Source of the DNA: Solirubrobacteraceae bacterium
GTDB taxonomy: Bacteria > Actinomycetota > Thermoleophilia > Solirubrobacterales > Solirubrobacteraceae
DNA length: 34,240 nt
NCBI GenBank assembly: GCA_033855575.1
Contig: JAWVFY010000309.1
Coordinates: forward strand, 1-34,240
Direction: 5' to 3'
In this document: positions 1 through 10,223 of the stretch, piece after piece
How the letters are laid out: the number at the start of each line of letters is the position of its first letter
Position numbering within the stretch: position 1 is the stretch's first letter
Notes under the pieces: model-generated
What the model was told of the DNA's origin: nothing
Database searches by the model: none
The model's input: the letters and a program-made list of their open reading frames with translations, nothing else
Position numbers and translations under genes: made by a program

Positions 1-51
1 TCTCCCGTCCCCTCCCCTAGCCCCGCATGGTCATTGGCTCGCGTCGCGACG

Positions 52-948
52 TCACGCAGGTGCCGAGGCCCCCGCCAGCCGCTCAGCGATGTCCTCGATG
101 CGCCACGGCCCCTCGGTATCGATCTCCGCCACGGCGCTCCAGCCGCTCAGCTCCTGGATCGAGCCGCCCTGCACCGCGAAGACCTTGCCGGTGACCGGGC
201 AGCCGGCCGTCGCCAGGTACGCCACGAGCGGCGAGATGTTCGAGGGATCGAACAGGTCGTGGCCGGTGTCGTCGGTGACCCCGGCGGCGAACACCGCTCC
301 CATCCCGGGCGTCGCGAGTGTCAGGCGCGTGCGCGCGATCGGCGCGATCGCGTTGACCCGCACGCCGTAGCGCTCGAGCTCGGATGCCGCGACCAGCGTC
401 AGCGCAGCGATCGCCGCCTTGGCCGCGCCGTAGTTGGCCTGTCCGGCGTTCGGCACGGTGACGCCGGAGGCCGACGCCGTGTTGATCACGGCGCCATCGA
501 CCTCCTCACCGGCCTTGGAGCGCTCCTTCCAATGGGCGGCCGCGTGGTGCAGCACGGCCGCGTGGCCCTTGAGGTGCACGGCGATCACCGCGTCCCACTC
601 CGCCTCGCTCATCGAGGCGATGAACGCGTCGCGCAGGATGCCAGCGTTGTTGACGACGACGTCGACGCGCCCGTACTCGCCGACCGTCTCCGCGATCAGG
701 GCGGCCGCGCCGTCCCAGCTCGCGACGTCGTCGGTATTGGCGACCGCCTCCCCGCCGGCCGCGCGGATCTCCTCGACGACCTGCTGCGCGGGCCCGTCGT
801 CGGCGCCGGAGCCGTCGTTGGCGCCGCCGAGGTCGTTGACGACGACCTTCGCGCCCTCGCGAGCGAACAGCAGCGCGTGCTCACGGCCGATGCCGCGCCC
901 CGCTCCGGTGATGACCGCCACGCGGCCCTCGAGTGCCGGCATGCTCAT
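52..948 (-). CDS. SDR-family oxidoreductase, MFE-2-type (3R)-hydroxyacyl-CoA dehydrogenase-like
   Basis: This is the C-terminal 298 aa of ORF 52..1755. It starts MSMPALEGRVAVITGAGRGIG (TGxxxGxG Rossmann motif) and contains VVNNAGILRD and the YGAAK (YxxxK) motif. The ATG at 946-948 overlaps the TGA of the upstream gene (ATGA). The upstream part of the ORF is Arg/Pro-rich nonsense. Confidence 0.85.
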   Translation of the reverse strand: MSMPALEGRVAVITGAGRGIGREHALLFAREGAKVVVNDLGGANDGSGADDGPAQQVVEEIRAAGGEAVANTDDVASWDGAAALIAETVGEYGRVDVVVNNAGILRDAFIASMSEAEWDAVIAVHLKGHAAVLHHAAAHWKERSKAGEEVDGAVINTASASGVTVPNAGQANYGAAKAAIAALTLVAASELERYGVRVNAIAPIARTRLTLATPGMGAVFAAGVTDDTGHDLFDPSNISPLVAYLATAGCPVTGKVFAVQGGSIQELSGWSAVAEIDTEGPWRIEDIAERLAGASAPA

Positions 949-1799
949 CCCCCCTCGATCTCGGCGAGGCCGTCGCGCAGCACGACGGTCTCGCCGACGG
1001 TGGTCTCGAATCCGAACAGGCCGCCGCCGGCGTTCCACACGCGGGTGCGGATGTCCTGCCCCGGAAGCACAGGCTTGGCGAAGCGCACCGCCAGGCGCCG
1101 CAGGCGGCCCACGTCGCCGCCGCCCACCTCCTCCAGGATGGCCCAGGCGGTGAACGCCAGCACGCAGAAGCCGTGGGCGATGATCCCGGGCAGGCCGGCG
1201 TCGCGGGCGACCTGCTCGTCGGTGTGGATCGGCATCGGGTCCCCGGAGGCGGGCGCGTAGCGGAACGTCTGGTCGTCGTCGATGTGCTGCGTGACGTCGG
1301 CCACCGGCGCCTGCTCGCGCACGGCGTCGCCGAGCCGGTGCTCGGGCGAGAGCTCGCCGAGCTTGCGCCCATCGTCGAAGCCGCGCACGAAGAACGTGAC
1401 GTACTGCTCGTTGACCAGGTCGCCCGCCTCGTCGCGCGTCTCCAGGTACACGCAGGCGCGGGTGCCGTTGGGCAGGCCCTCCCAGCCGGTCATCCGCCCG
1501 CGAGCGACGAGCGTCTCGGAGGGCACGATCGCGCGGTGGAAGCGGAAGTCCTGCTCGCCGTGTAGGACCCGGCCCAGCACCGAGAGCGGCACGACGTCGA
1601 GCGCCGGCTCCAGAAGCGACTGGAAGACCGGCACGATCGCGAAGACCGGGTTGGCGACGTCGCCCGCGAGATGGGTCTCGATCGGGTCGTTGACCGCCCG
1701 CGCGTACTCGGCGAGGCGTTCGCGGGTGACCTCGAAGCGCACCGGCTCCGTCCACCGATCGAGCCCGGCCTCGTTGAATTGCAGCGTCTCGGTGGTCAT
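945..1799 (-). CDS. MaoC-like double hot-dog (R)-specific enoyl-CoA hydratase
   Basis: This is the 284-aa C-terminal part of ORF 945..2147, starting MTTETLQFNEAGLDRW. It has a hydratase-2-like motif, FRYAPASGDPMPIHTDEQVARDAGLPGIIAHG, in the second half. The ATG at 1797-1799 overlaps the stop of the upstream SRPBCC gene (ATGA). Confidence 0.85.
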   Translation of the reverse strand: MTTETLQFNEAGLDRWTEPVRFEVTRERLAEYARAVNDPIETHLAGDVANPVFAIVPVFQSLLEPALDVVPLSVLGRVLHGEQDFRFHRAIVPSETLVARGRMTGWEGLPNGTRACVYLETRDEAGDLVNEQYVTFFVRGFDDGRKLGELSPEHRLGDAVREQAPVADVTQHIDDDQTFRYAPASGDPMPIHTDEQVARDAGLPGIIAHGFCVLAFTAWAILEEVGGGDVGRLRRLAVRFAKPVLPGQDIRTRVWNAGGGLFGFETTVGETVVLRDGLAEIEGG

Positions 1800-2233
1800 G
1801 CCGCGACGAGACCCGAGAGGTTGGCCAGCGACTGCTCGAGGTTGGCCTGCGCGTCCTTCTCGACCGCCTTGCCGAGCGCCCCCACGACCATCTGCCCCTC
1901 GAACTCGGCGCTGATCGACGCGGTCGAGCCGCCGTCGGCGTGCGGGGCGACGAGCATCGTGAACGTCGAGCGCACCCCGGCCATCCCCGTCCCGGAGATC
2001 GTCAGCCGCGACGGCGCCTCGTACTCCTCGACCGTCCACGAGATCGTGTTCGCCATGCCGAGCATCGTCACGACCTCGTCGATCGTCACGCCCTGACTGA
2101 ACGTGTCGGGCACGTCGCCCTTCCACCTGGTGTGGATCGTCAGCCACTGCTCGTAGCTGCCGGGGTCGGCGATCACCGCCCAGACCCGCTCGGGGTCGGC
2201 CGGGATGTCGACGGTGGTGCTGACCTTGCCCAT
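1796..2233 (-). CDS. SRPBCC (START / polyketide-cyclase-like) ligand-binding protein
   Basis: A 145-aa protein starting MGKVSTTVDIPADPERVWAVIADPGSYEQW, typical of the SRPBCC family. The ATG at 2231-2233 is preceded by GAGGGAG about 7 nt upstream. The longer ORF start at 2266 has no such RBS. Confidence 0.75.
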   Translation of the reverse strand: MGKVSTTVDIPADPERVWAVIADPGSYEQWLTIHTRWKGDVPDTFSQGVTIDEVVTMLGMANTISWTVEEYEAPSRLTISGTGMAGVRSTFTMLVAPHADGGSTASISAEFEGQMVVGALGKAVEKDAQANLEQSLANLSGLVAA

Positions 2234-2252
2234 GAGTGTCTCCCTCGTGTTG

Positions 2253-3443
2253 TCAGCGCTCGGCACGCTGGTAGGCGGTGACCACGGCGGTGCCGCCGAG
2301 GCCGATGTTGTGCTGGAGGGCGGCGTCGACGTCGTCGACCTGGCGCGCGTCCGCCTCGCCTCGCAGCTGCCAGGTCAGCTCGGCGCACTGCGCCAGACCG
2401 GTCGCGCCCAGCGGATGGCCCTTGGAGATCAGGCCGCCCGACGGGTTGATCACCCAGCGGCCGCCGTAGGTGTTGTCGCCGGCCTCGATCAGCGCCGGGG
2501 CCTCGCCCTCACCGCAGAGCTCGAGCGCCTCGTAGAGCAGCAGCTCGTTGGCGCTGAAGCAGTCGTGCAGCTCGATGACCTGGAAATCCTCGGGCCCGAG
2601 CCCGGACTGCTCGTAGACGGCCCGCGCCGCCTTGACGTTCATGTCGTAGCCGATGACGTCCTTGGCCGTCCGTGTGCTCAGCGACGTCTCGAAGTCCGTC
2701 GTCATCGCCTGCCCGACGATCTCGACGGCCCGGCCAGCGAGCCCGTGAGCCTCGACGAAGTCCTCGGACGCCAGGATCGCCGCGCCCGCCCCGTCGGAGG
2801 TCGGCGAGCACTGGAGCTTGGTCAGCGGCTCGTAGATCATCGGCGCGTCGAGGATCTCGTCGAGCGAGTACTCGGTCTGGAACTGCGCGTACGGGTTGTT
2901 GGCCGAGTGCCTGTGGTTCTTGTGGCCGATCCGCGCGAAGTGCTCGGGCTCGGACCCGTGCTCGGACATGTGCTCGCGCCCAGCCGCCCCGAACATCCAG
3001 GGCGCCGGTGGGAAGCGCACGTCGGAGATCTCCGCCAGGAGATCCATGTGGCGCATCATCGGCTGCTCGCGGTCGGTGAACGTCGCGCCCAGCGAGCCGG
3101 GCTGCATCTTCTCGAAGCCCAGCGCGAGGGTGCAGTCGGCGAGCCCGCCGCGGATTGCCTGCGCCGCGAGGAACAGCGCGCTCGAGCCGGTCGAGCAGTT
3201 GCTGTTGACGTTGAACACCGGGATGCCGGACATCCCGAGCTCATAGACGGCGCGATGCCCGGAGCACGACTCGCCATAGACATAGCCGACGTAGGCCTGC
3301 TGCACCTCGTCGTAGCCCACGCCGGCGTCCGCGAGTGCCATCTCGCCGGCCGCGCGCGCCCAGTCGTGGTAGTCGCCCTCCTTCGTGCCGGGCTTCTCGA
3401 ACTTCGTCATGCCGACGCCGACGACGTAGACCTTCCTGCCCAT
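2253..3443 (-). CDS. SCP2-type (SCPx-like) thiolase / lipid-transfer protein
   Basis: [15 protein letters not shown]; [11 protein letters not shown] (nucleophilic Cys); [12 protein letters not shown] (the HDCF fingerprint of SCP2-thiolases); GHPLGATG. The ATG at 3441-3443 lies 12 nt after the stop of the upstream ACAD gene. Confidence 0.9.
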   Translation of the reverse strand: MGRKVYVVGVGMTKFEKPGTKEGDYHDWARAAGEMALADAGVGYDEVQQAYVGYVYGESCSGHRAVYELGMSGIPVFNVNSNCSTGSSALFLAAQAIRGGLADCTLALGFEKMQPGSLGATFTDREQPMMRHMDLLAEISDVRFPPAPWMFGAAGREHMSEHGSEPEHFARIGHKNHRHSANNPYAQFQTEYSLDEILDAPMIYEPLTKLQCSPTSDGAGAAILASEDFVEAHGLAGRAVEIVGQAMTTDFETSLSTRTAKDVIGYDMNVKAARAVYEQSGLGPEDFQVIELHDCFSANELLLYEALELCGEGEAPALIEAGDNTYGGRWVINPSGGLISKGHPLGATGLAQCAELTWQLRGEADARQVDDVDAALQHNIGLGGTAVVTAYQRAER

Positions 3444-3455
3444 CCCCCGCACCCC

Positions 3456-4628
<1,173 letters not shown>

Positions 4629-4656
4629 GAGAACCTCGCAGGAAGTCGGACTGCTG

Positions 4657-4690
4657 CAATATACATATCGGACGTCCGTCTTGTATATTG
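4657..4690. promoter_or_regulatory. 34-bp palindrome: candidate TetR operator overlapping divergent promoters
   Basis: CAATATACA-TAT-CGGACGTCCG-TCT-TGTATATTG. The 9-bp arms are perfectly inverted (4657-4665 and 4682-4690) and the central 10-bp CGGACGTCCG is a perfect palindrome. This is the only AT-rich patch in the region. Each arm carries TATATT on its outward-reading strand (4684-4689 on +, 4658-4663 on -), and TATACA sits 18 nt upstream of it. Confidence 0.55.
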
Positions 4691-4698
4691 TCGCCACG

Positions 4699-5328
4699 AT
4701 GGCGGTCATGCCGGCCCACCGCACACAGGAGGAGCGCCGTGCCGAGACGCGCGGCAAGATCCTGGACGCGACGATCCGCTCGCTGCTCGAGAACGGCTAC
4801 GCGCAGACGACGACGCGCGCGGTCGCCGCGCTGGCGGGCGTCTCGCCCGGCGCGATGGCGCACTACTTCCCCCACCGGGTCGACCTCGTGGCCGCCGCGA
4901 TGGAGCAGCTCGTCGAGCGGCGCATCGCCGCCTGGCGCGAGGCGGCCGGCGATCTGCCCGCCGACGCCTCCGAGCGCATCCCCGCGCTGCTCGATCACGT
5001 CTGGCGCGACTTCAACGGTCTGACGTTCCCGGTCTTCATCAAGCTCTGGGCCGCGGCCGCGGACGACCCCGAGCTCTACGAGCGGCTCGCCGAGAGCGAG
5101 GAGCGCATCGCCCGCTCGATCACCGAGCTCGCGGTCGGCGCGTTCCGGGAGCTCGACGCGCCCGCGGGCTGGGAGGGGCGGCTTCTCGTCACGCTCGCCG
5201 CGATGCGCGGGCTGGCGCTGACCGAGCACTTCGAGCCGCGGACGCGCAGGCGGCCGGATCCGTGGCCGATGGCGCGCGCAGCGCTGCTGGAAGGCCTCGG
5301 CGGACGACCGGCGCGCCGGAGGATCTGA
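4699..5328 (+). CDS. TetR-family transcriptional regulator
   Basis: The HTH region is RGKILDATIRSLLENGYAQTTTRAVAALAGVSPGAMAHYFPHRVDL. The start is taken at ATG 4699 (MAVMPAHRT), with ATG 4708 as an alternative. Both lie 10-19 nt downstream of the TATATT box, so the mRNA would be leaderless or nearly so. The ORF-track start at 4603 would read through the operator region. Confidence 0.85.
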   Translation: MAVMPAHRTQEERRAETRGKILDATIRSLLENGYAQTTTRAVAALAGVSPGAMAHYFPHRVDLVAAAMEQLVERRIAAWREAAGDLPADASERIPALLDHVWRDFNGLTFPVFIKLWAAAADDPELYERLAESEERIARSITELAVGAFRELDAPAGWEGRLLVTLAAMRGLALTEHFEPRTRRRPDPWPMARAALLEGLGGRPARRRI

Positions 5329-5358
5329 GCAGCAACACTGAAGTCGGGAGGGGTACGG

Positions 5359-6720
5359 ATGGCGATGGAAAAGCTGTGGGCCGCGACGCTGGTGGCATTG
5401 GGCTGCGCGAGCAGCGCGCACGCACAGGCCCCGGGCGACGGCTTCACCGGATGGGAGAAGAAGGTCACGAGCGTCACCGGCCAGGGCGAGCCGGAGATCT
5501 CGATCGGGCCGCACGGCCGGCCGCTCGTCATCGCGATGAGCGGCTGCGGGGCGTCGGTGTCCCGCGATCGCGGCGCGACCTTCGACGTCCTGCCCAAGCA
5601 TCCGGCAGACCCGGGCCCGACCCCCGGCCTTCCCGACCACCAGTGCTCGGACGCCGCCACGGCAGCGGGGCCCGGCGGCGTCCTCTACACGGGAGCCGGC
5701 TGGTGGGACACGCCCGGCGGGTTCGTCGACTACTACAACATGTTCGTCGCACGGTCCGACGACGGCGGGGAGACATGGAGCAGGCCGGCGTTCGCGACCG
5801 GCGACGAGCGGATGCCGCAGGAGCTGCTGCTCGGCCGCAACACAGGGCACAGCGACCGGCTCTTCCTCACCGCCGACAACCGCACGGGCACGCTCTACGC
5901 GAGCGCCACCGACCTCCCCCGCTTCGTCCGCTGGGTCGTCGCATCCCACGACGGCGGCCAATCGTTCGGCCCGCCACACGCGATCGATTCGAACCTCTAC
6001 CCGCAGGTCCAGGGCGAGCAGGGCGGCGACTACGTCCCCGCCGCGGCGAACGGCGTCCTGGCCGTGACCTACGTCGCGTCGGTCGCCTCCAGCCGGCAGT
6101 GCCCATGCGGGATCTTCGAGACGAGCACGAACGACGGCCGCACCTGGACGCGCCATCCGGCGCCGTTCCCGGCGAACTGGACGGCCGCCGACCCGAGCCA
6201 CCCAGGGCGGTTCGCGATCATGAGCGGCCAGGGCGTCACCGCCACGCCCGCGACACCCGGCGAGATCGCCGTGAGCACCACCGAGGACAGCGGCAGGACG
6301 TGGACCAAGCCCGTCCTGGTCGGCGGCCAGCCGCCCGCCCACCCCGAGATCCAGCCGTGGATCGCCTACTCGCCTACCGGAGTCCTCGGCGTCGCCTACA
6401 AGGTCCTCGCCACCGGGCTGATCTCCCAGCCCATGTTCTTCTTCGACGTCGTGTCCGGCACGCTCTCGGCGCAGTACGACGCGTGGAGCGCGGTCTCGTT
6501 CGACGACGGCCGCCACTTCAGCAAGCCGCTGCGGATCAGCAACGCCCTCTCCCCCGCGGGCAACCGCACCGGCGACGACTTCTCCTCGGTCGCCCTCGAC
6601 GACCAGGATCTCTACGCGAGCTGGGGCGACCTGCGCAACGGCCCGACCGACCCATCGCCCGGGCCCGTCTCCGTCTACCTCGCCCGTGTTCCGCTGACCG
6701 CCTACTCCACGCATCCATGA
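5359..6720 (+). CDS. Secreted BNR/Asp-box (sialidase-like) six-bladed beta-propeller protein
   Basis: The signal peptide is MAMEKLWAATLVALGCASSAHAQA. There are six Asp-box-like motifs: SRDRGATF, SDDGGETW, SHDGGQSF, TNDGRTW, TEDSGRTW, FDDGRHF. A strong SD (GGGAGGGG) lies upstream of the ATG. Confidence 0.8.
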   Translation: MAMEKLWAATLVALGCASSAHAQAPGDGFTGWEKKVTSVTGQGEPEISIGPHGRPLVIAMSGCGASVSRDRGATFDVLPKHPADPGPTPGLPDHQCSDAATAAGPGGVLYTGAGWWDTPGGFVDYYNMFVARSDDGGETWSRPAFATGDERMPQELLLGRNTGHSDRLFLTADNRTGTLYASATDLPRFVRWVVASHDGGQSFGPPHAIDSNLYPQVQGEQGGDYVPAAANGVLAVTYVASVASSRQCPCGIFETSTNDGRTWTRHPAPFPANWTAADPSHPGRFAIMSGQGVTATPATPGEIAVSTTEDSGRTWTKPVLVGGQPPAHPEIQPWIAYSPTGVLGVAYKVLATGLISQPMFFFDVVSGTLSAQYDAWSAVSFDDGRHFSKPLRISNALSPAGNRTGDDFSSVALDDQDLYASWGDLRNGPTDPSPGPVSVYLARVPLTAYSTHP

Positions 6721-8069
6721 GCAGGGCAGTCCTTCTCGCGATGCTGGTCCTCGCCGCACCGAGCGCTGCCGCCGCCGACCCGGCCCGGATCGTCTCGGAA
6801 CGCCCCGTCGACGGCAACGGCATCGAGCTGACGATCGCGACGTCCGCCTTCAGCAGCGGCCAGGCGAAGGCGCAGGTCTTCCTGCCCGCGGGCTATGACG
6901 CGGACCCAGACCGGCGCTGGCCCGTGACGTACTACCTCCACGGCGCCCAGGGTGACCAGGCGCGCTTCTGGCCCTGGTACGGCGACGAGATCAAGGGCTT
7001 CCCATCGATCGTGGTCGCCCCCGACGGCGGCTGGCTCGGCTGGTACAGCGACTGGTACAACGGCGGCACCGGCGGGCCGCCGATGTACGAGACCTTCGAC
7101 ATCGGTCAGCTGATCCCGCTGATCGACCAGCGGTTCCGCACCTACGGCACGCGCACCGAGCGCGCGGTCATCGGCGAGTCGATGGGCGGCTACGGCGTGA
7201 TGACGCTCACCACCCGCCATCCCGACCTCTTCGCCACCGCGGTCAGCATGTCGGGCGCCCTCGACAGCAACTCCCTGCCGCTGATGAGCCTCATCAGCGG
7301 GAGCTCGACGGCGCAGGAGGCGGGCCAGGCGCAGCAGGTCGCCGCGCCGGACGGGGTCTATGGACCGCGCGCCACGCAGGAGATCCGCTGGCACGGCCAC
7401 AACCCCACGGACCTGGCCGCCAACCTGCGCGGCGTCGTCCTGCAGGTCCGGACGTTCGACGGCGCGCCGAACCCGCTGCTCGAGAACAACGACCCGACGA
7501 GCATCGTCGGCTGCTCGGAGGAGAACGAAATCCACCGCGACAGCGTCAGCTTCCACGACCGGCTCGTCGCCGACGACATCCCGCACCTGTGGAAGGACTA
7601 CGGCCCCGGCTGCCACGGGATCCCGGAGTTCCGGCGCGAGTTCGCCGACTCGCTGCCCGGCATCGAGAGCGTCTTCGAGCACCCGCAGCCGGCGCCGAAG
7701 ACGATCAGCTACGGGTCGATCGAGCCGCAGTTCTCGGTCTGGGGGTGGCACGTCGCCGCCGACCCGGCCCGGGCGCTCGAGTTCCTGCAGGTGGACCATG
7801 CCGGGCGCCACGGCCTGACCCTCGTCGGCTCGGGCACGACCACAGTGACGACGCCGCCGTTCTTCCGGGACGTCAACGCCGTCGCCGTCGTCACCTCCGC
7901 CGGGACCCAGGTGGTCTCGCCCGACGACGACGGACGCCTGACCTTCCGCGTCGCCCTCGGCGCGGCGCACGCCAACCAGCAGGACACGGCGGCCTCGTGG
8001 GTCGCGGGCGACGGCTCGCCCGGGTACTTCACCAAGCGCACCGTGAAGCTGGTGCCGCATGCGTCGTAG
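6717..8069 (+). CDS. Secreted alpha/beta-hydrolase, esterase-D / antigen-85-like putative esterase
   Basis: This is the last 450 aa of the long ORF 4326..8069. It starts MSRAVLLAMLVLAAPSAAAADP (signal peptide). It contains YYLHG and GESMGGYG (a GxSxG nucleophile elbow). Its ATG at 6717 overlaps the TGA of the preceding gene (ATGA). Confidence 0.8.
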   Translation: MSRAVLLAMLVLAAPSAAAADPARIVSERPVDGNGIELTIATSAFSSGQAKAQVFLPAGYDADPDRRWPVTYYLHGAQGDQARFWPWYGDEIKGFPSIVVAPDGGWLGWYSDWYNGGTGGPPMYETFDIGQLIPLIDQRFRTYGTRTERAVIGESMGGYGVMTLTTRHPDLFATAVSMSGALDSNSLPLMSLISGSSTAQEAGQAQQVAAPDGVYGPRATQEIRWHGHNPTDLAANLRGVVLQVRTFDGAPNPLLENNDPTSIVGCSEENEIHRDSVSFHDRLVADDIPHLWKDYGPGCHGIPEFRREFADSLPGIESVFEHPQPAPKTISYGSIEPQFSVWGWHVAADPARALEFLQVDHAGRHGLTLVGSGTTTVTTPPFFRDVNAVAVVTSAGTQVVSPDDDGRLTFRVALGAAHANQQDTAASWVAGDGSPGYFTKRTVKLVPHAS

Positions 8070-10218
8070 CACCGTCCTTGCCCTCCTGCTGGCGACGTCG
8101 GCGGCGCTCCCGGCCGCCGCGCACGCCGGCACCATCGGTATCCGCACCCTCTCGAACCGCGCCGACCTGATCTCCGACGGCCAGGCGCTCGTCGGCGTCA
8201 CGCTGCCGCGCGGGGCCGACGCCGCGAGCCTCCAGGTGACGCTCGGCGACCGAGACGTGACCGATGCGTTCACGCACCGGCGCGGCCGCCAGGTCGATGG
8301 GATCGTCGATGGCCTCGCGCTCGGCGCCAACCAGCTCGTCGCCACCGCCGCCGGGGCGACCGGCGCCAAGCTGACGATCACCGACCACCCCAACGGCGGG
8401 CCGGTGTTCTCCGGGCCGCAGCTGCAGCCCTGGCACTGCGAGGACGGCGCCGTCGACGCGCAGTGCGACAGGCCGGCCCAGTACACCTACCTCTACAGGT
8501 CCACCGACCCGACCAAGCCGGACCTGCAGCCCTACGACCCCGCCAACCCGCCGCCGGACGTCGCGTCGACGACGACCGACAAGGGGATGACCGTCCCGTT
8601 CATCGTTCGACAGGAGCTGGGCTATCAGGACCGCGACCAGTACAAGATCCTGACGCTCTACACGCCCGGCCAGGCCTGGAGCCGCTGGAATCCCCAGGTG
8701 CAGTGGAACCACAAGCTGCTGATCACCGGCGGCGGCGGCTGCGGCGTCAGCTACGGCGTCGGCGACGCTCCGCTCAACGACTTCAGCGGGACGATCCCGT
8801 CTGCGCCCGGCTACACACAGAGCTACATCAACGGGCTCGGGCGCGGCTTCGCGGTGATGTCCACAGCGCTGGACAACACGGGCCACAACTGCAACCTCGT
8901 GACCGAGGCCGAGTCGCTGATCATGGCCAAGGAGCGGCTGATCGAGAACTACGGCGACGTGCGCTACACGATCGGCACCGGATGCTCGGGCGGCTCGGTC
9001 GTCCAGAACACGGTGTCCAACGCGTACCCCGGCGCCGTCTACGACGGCCTCGTCGTCACCTGCGCGTTCCCCGACGTCCTCAGCGCCGGCGCCCAGTTCG
9101 CCGACTACCACATGCTGCGCCTGTACTTCGAGAACCCCGCGCGCTGGGGCAGCGGCATCCTCTGGCCTCCGATGCAGTGGGGACCCGTCGAGGGCCGGCC
9201 CGATCCGGTCAACGCGATCGTCGCCGACGAGGCGCTGTTCAAGGGCGCGACGAACCCGGTCGGCAGCTGCGTCCCGGCCGGCCAGGGCTACGACCCGCAG
9301 TCGAACCCCGGCGGTGTCCGCTGCTCGATCCTCGACGCCATGATCAACGTGCTCGGCCCGCGGCCGGAGAGCGCGTGGTCGGCGATGGAACGCCGCGCCG
9401 GCCACGGCTTCGCCGGCCAGCCCTTCGGCAACCAGGGCATCCAGTACGGCCTCGACGCCCTCGACAAGGGCCTGATCACGCCGGCCCAGTTCTCCGACCT
9501 CAACGCCACGATCGGCGGCGCGGACATCGACCTCAACCCGTCGTCGGCGCGGCTCGCCGGCGACGACGGTGCGGTCGTCAACGCCTACCGCAGCGGTCTC
9601 ATCAACGAGATGAACCACATGTCGGGCGTCGCGATCATCGATCACGCCGGCCCCGACCCGGGCGCGGCGCACGACTACGCCCACACGTGGTGGATCCGCG
9701 ACCGCCTCGACCGCGCGCAGGGCCACCACCGCAACCAGGTCCTCTGGTTCGGCCCGGCGCCGCTCGTCGGCAACGTCACCTGGCCGACGAAGGCACTGCT
9801 GGCCATGGACCGCTGGCTGGGCGCCGTCGAGCGCGACCACTCCCGGGTCTCCCGCGCGCGCAAGATCGTCGACGACCGCCCAGCCGACGTCAAGGACAAG
9901 TGCCTGGCCGACATCTGCAAGCAGTACGTCGCCACCCGGTACGGCACGCCGCGGCAGGTCGCCGGCGGCAGCGAGTTCAACGACGTCGTCAAGTGCCGGC
10001 TCAAGCCGCTGGACCGTGCGGCCCACAGCGCCACCTTCACCGACGCCGAGTGGGCCCAGCTCGAGCAGGCGTTCCCCAACGGCGTCTGCGACTGGAGCAG
10101 GCCCGGCGTCGGCCAGCAGAACAACATCCCGTGGCTGACCTACCAGGACGCCGACGGGAACGTCGTCTACGGCGGCCGCCCGATGGGCCCACCCCCGCAC
10201 TCAGTGCCGCTCGGGTAG
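8059..10218 (+). CDS. Secreted 719-aa protein, possible tannase/feruloyl-esterase-like hydrolase (function tentative)
   Basis: The signal peptide is MRRSTVLALLLATSAALPAAAHA. The motif GTGCSGGS resembles the G-C-S-x-G-G nucleophile motif of the tannase/feruloyl-esterase family. Many Cys residues suggest disulfides. The gene overlaps the end of the upstream gene by 11 nt. The family assignment is from memory only. Confidence 0.7.
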   Translation: MRRSTVLALLLATSAALPAAAHAGTIGIRTLSNRADLISDGQALVGVTLPRGADAASLQVTLGDRDVTDAFTHRRGRQVDGIVDGLALGANQLVATAAGATGAKLTITDHPNGGPVFSGPQLQPWHCEDGAVDAQCDRPAQYTYLYRSTDPTKPDLQPYDPANPPPDVASTTTDKGMTVPFIVRQELGYQDRDQYKILTLYTPGQAWSRWNPQVQWNHKLLITGGGGCGVSYGVGDAPLNDFSGTIPSAPGYTQSYINGLGRGFAVMSTALDNTGHNCNLVTEAESLIMAKERLIENYGDVRYTIGTGCSGGSVVQNTVSNAYPGAVYDGLVVTCAFPDVLSAGAQFADYHMLRLYFENPARWGSGILWPPMQWGPVEGRPDPVNAIVADEALFKGATNPVGSCVPAGQGYDPQSNPGGVRCSILDAMINVLGPRPESAWSAMERRAGHGFAGQPFGNQGIQYGLDALDKGLITPAQFSDLNATIGGADIDLNPSSARLAGDDGAVVNAYRSGLINEMNHMSGVAIIDHAGPDPGAAHDYAHTWWIRDRLDRAQGHHRNQVLWFGPAPLVGNVTWPTKALLAMDRWLGAVERDHSRVSRARKIVDDRPADVKDKCLADICKQYVATRYGTPRQVAGGSEFNDVVKCRLKPLDRAAHSATFTDAEWAQLEQAFPNGVCDWSRPGVGQQNNIPWLTYQDADGNVVYGGRPMGPPPHSVPLG

Positions 10219-10223
10219 GCAAG

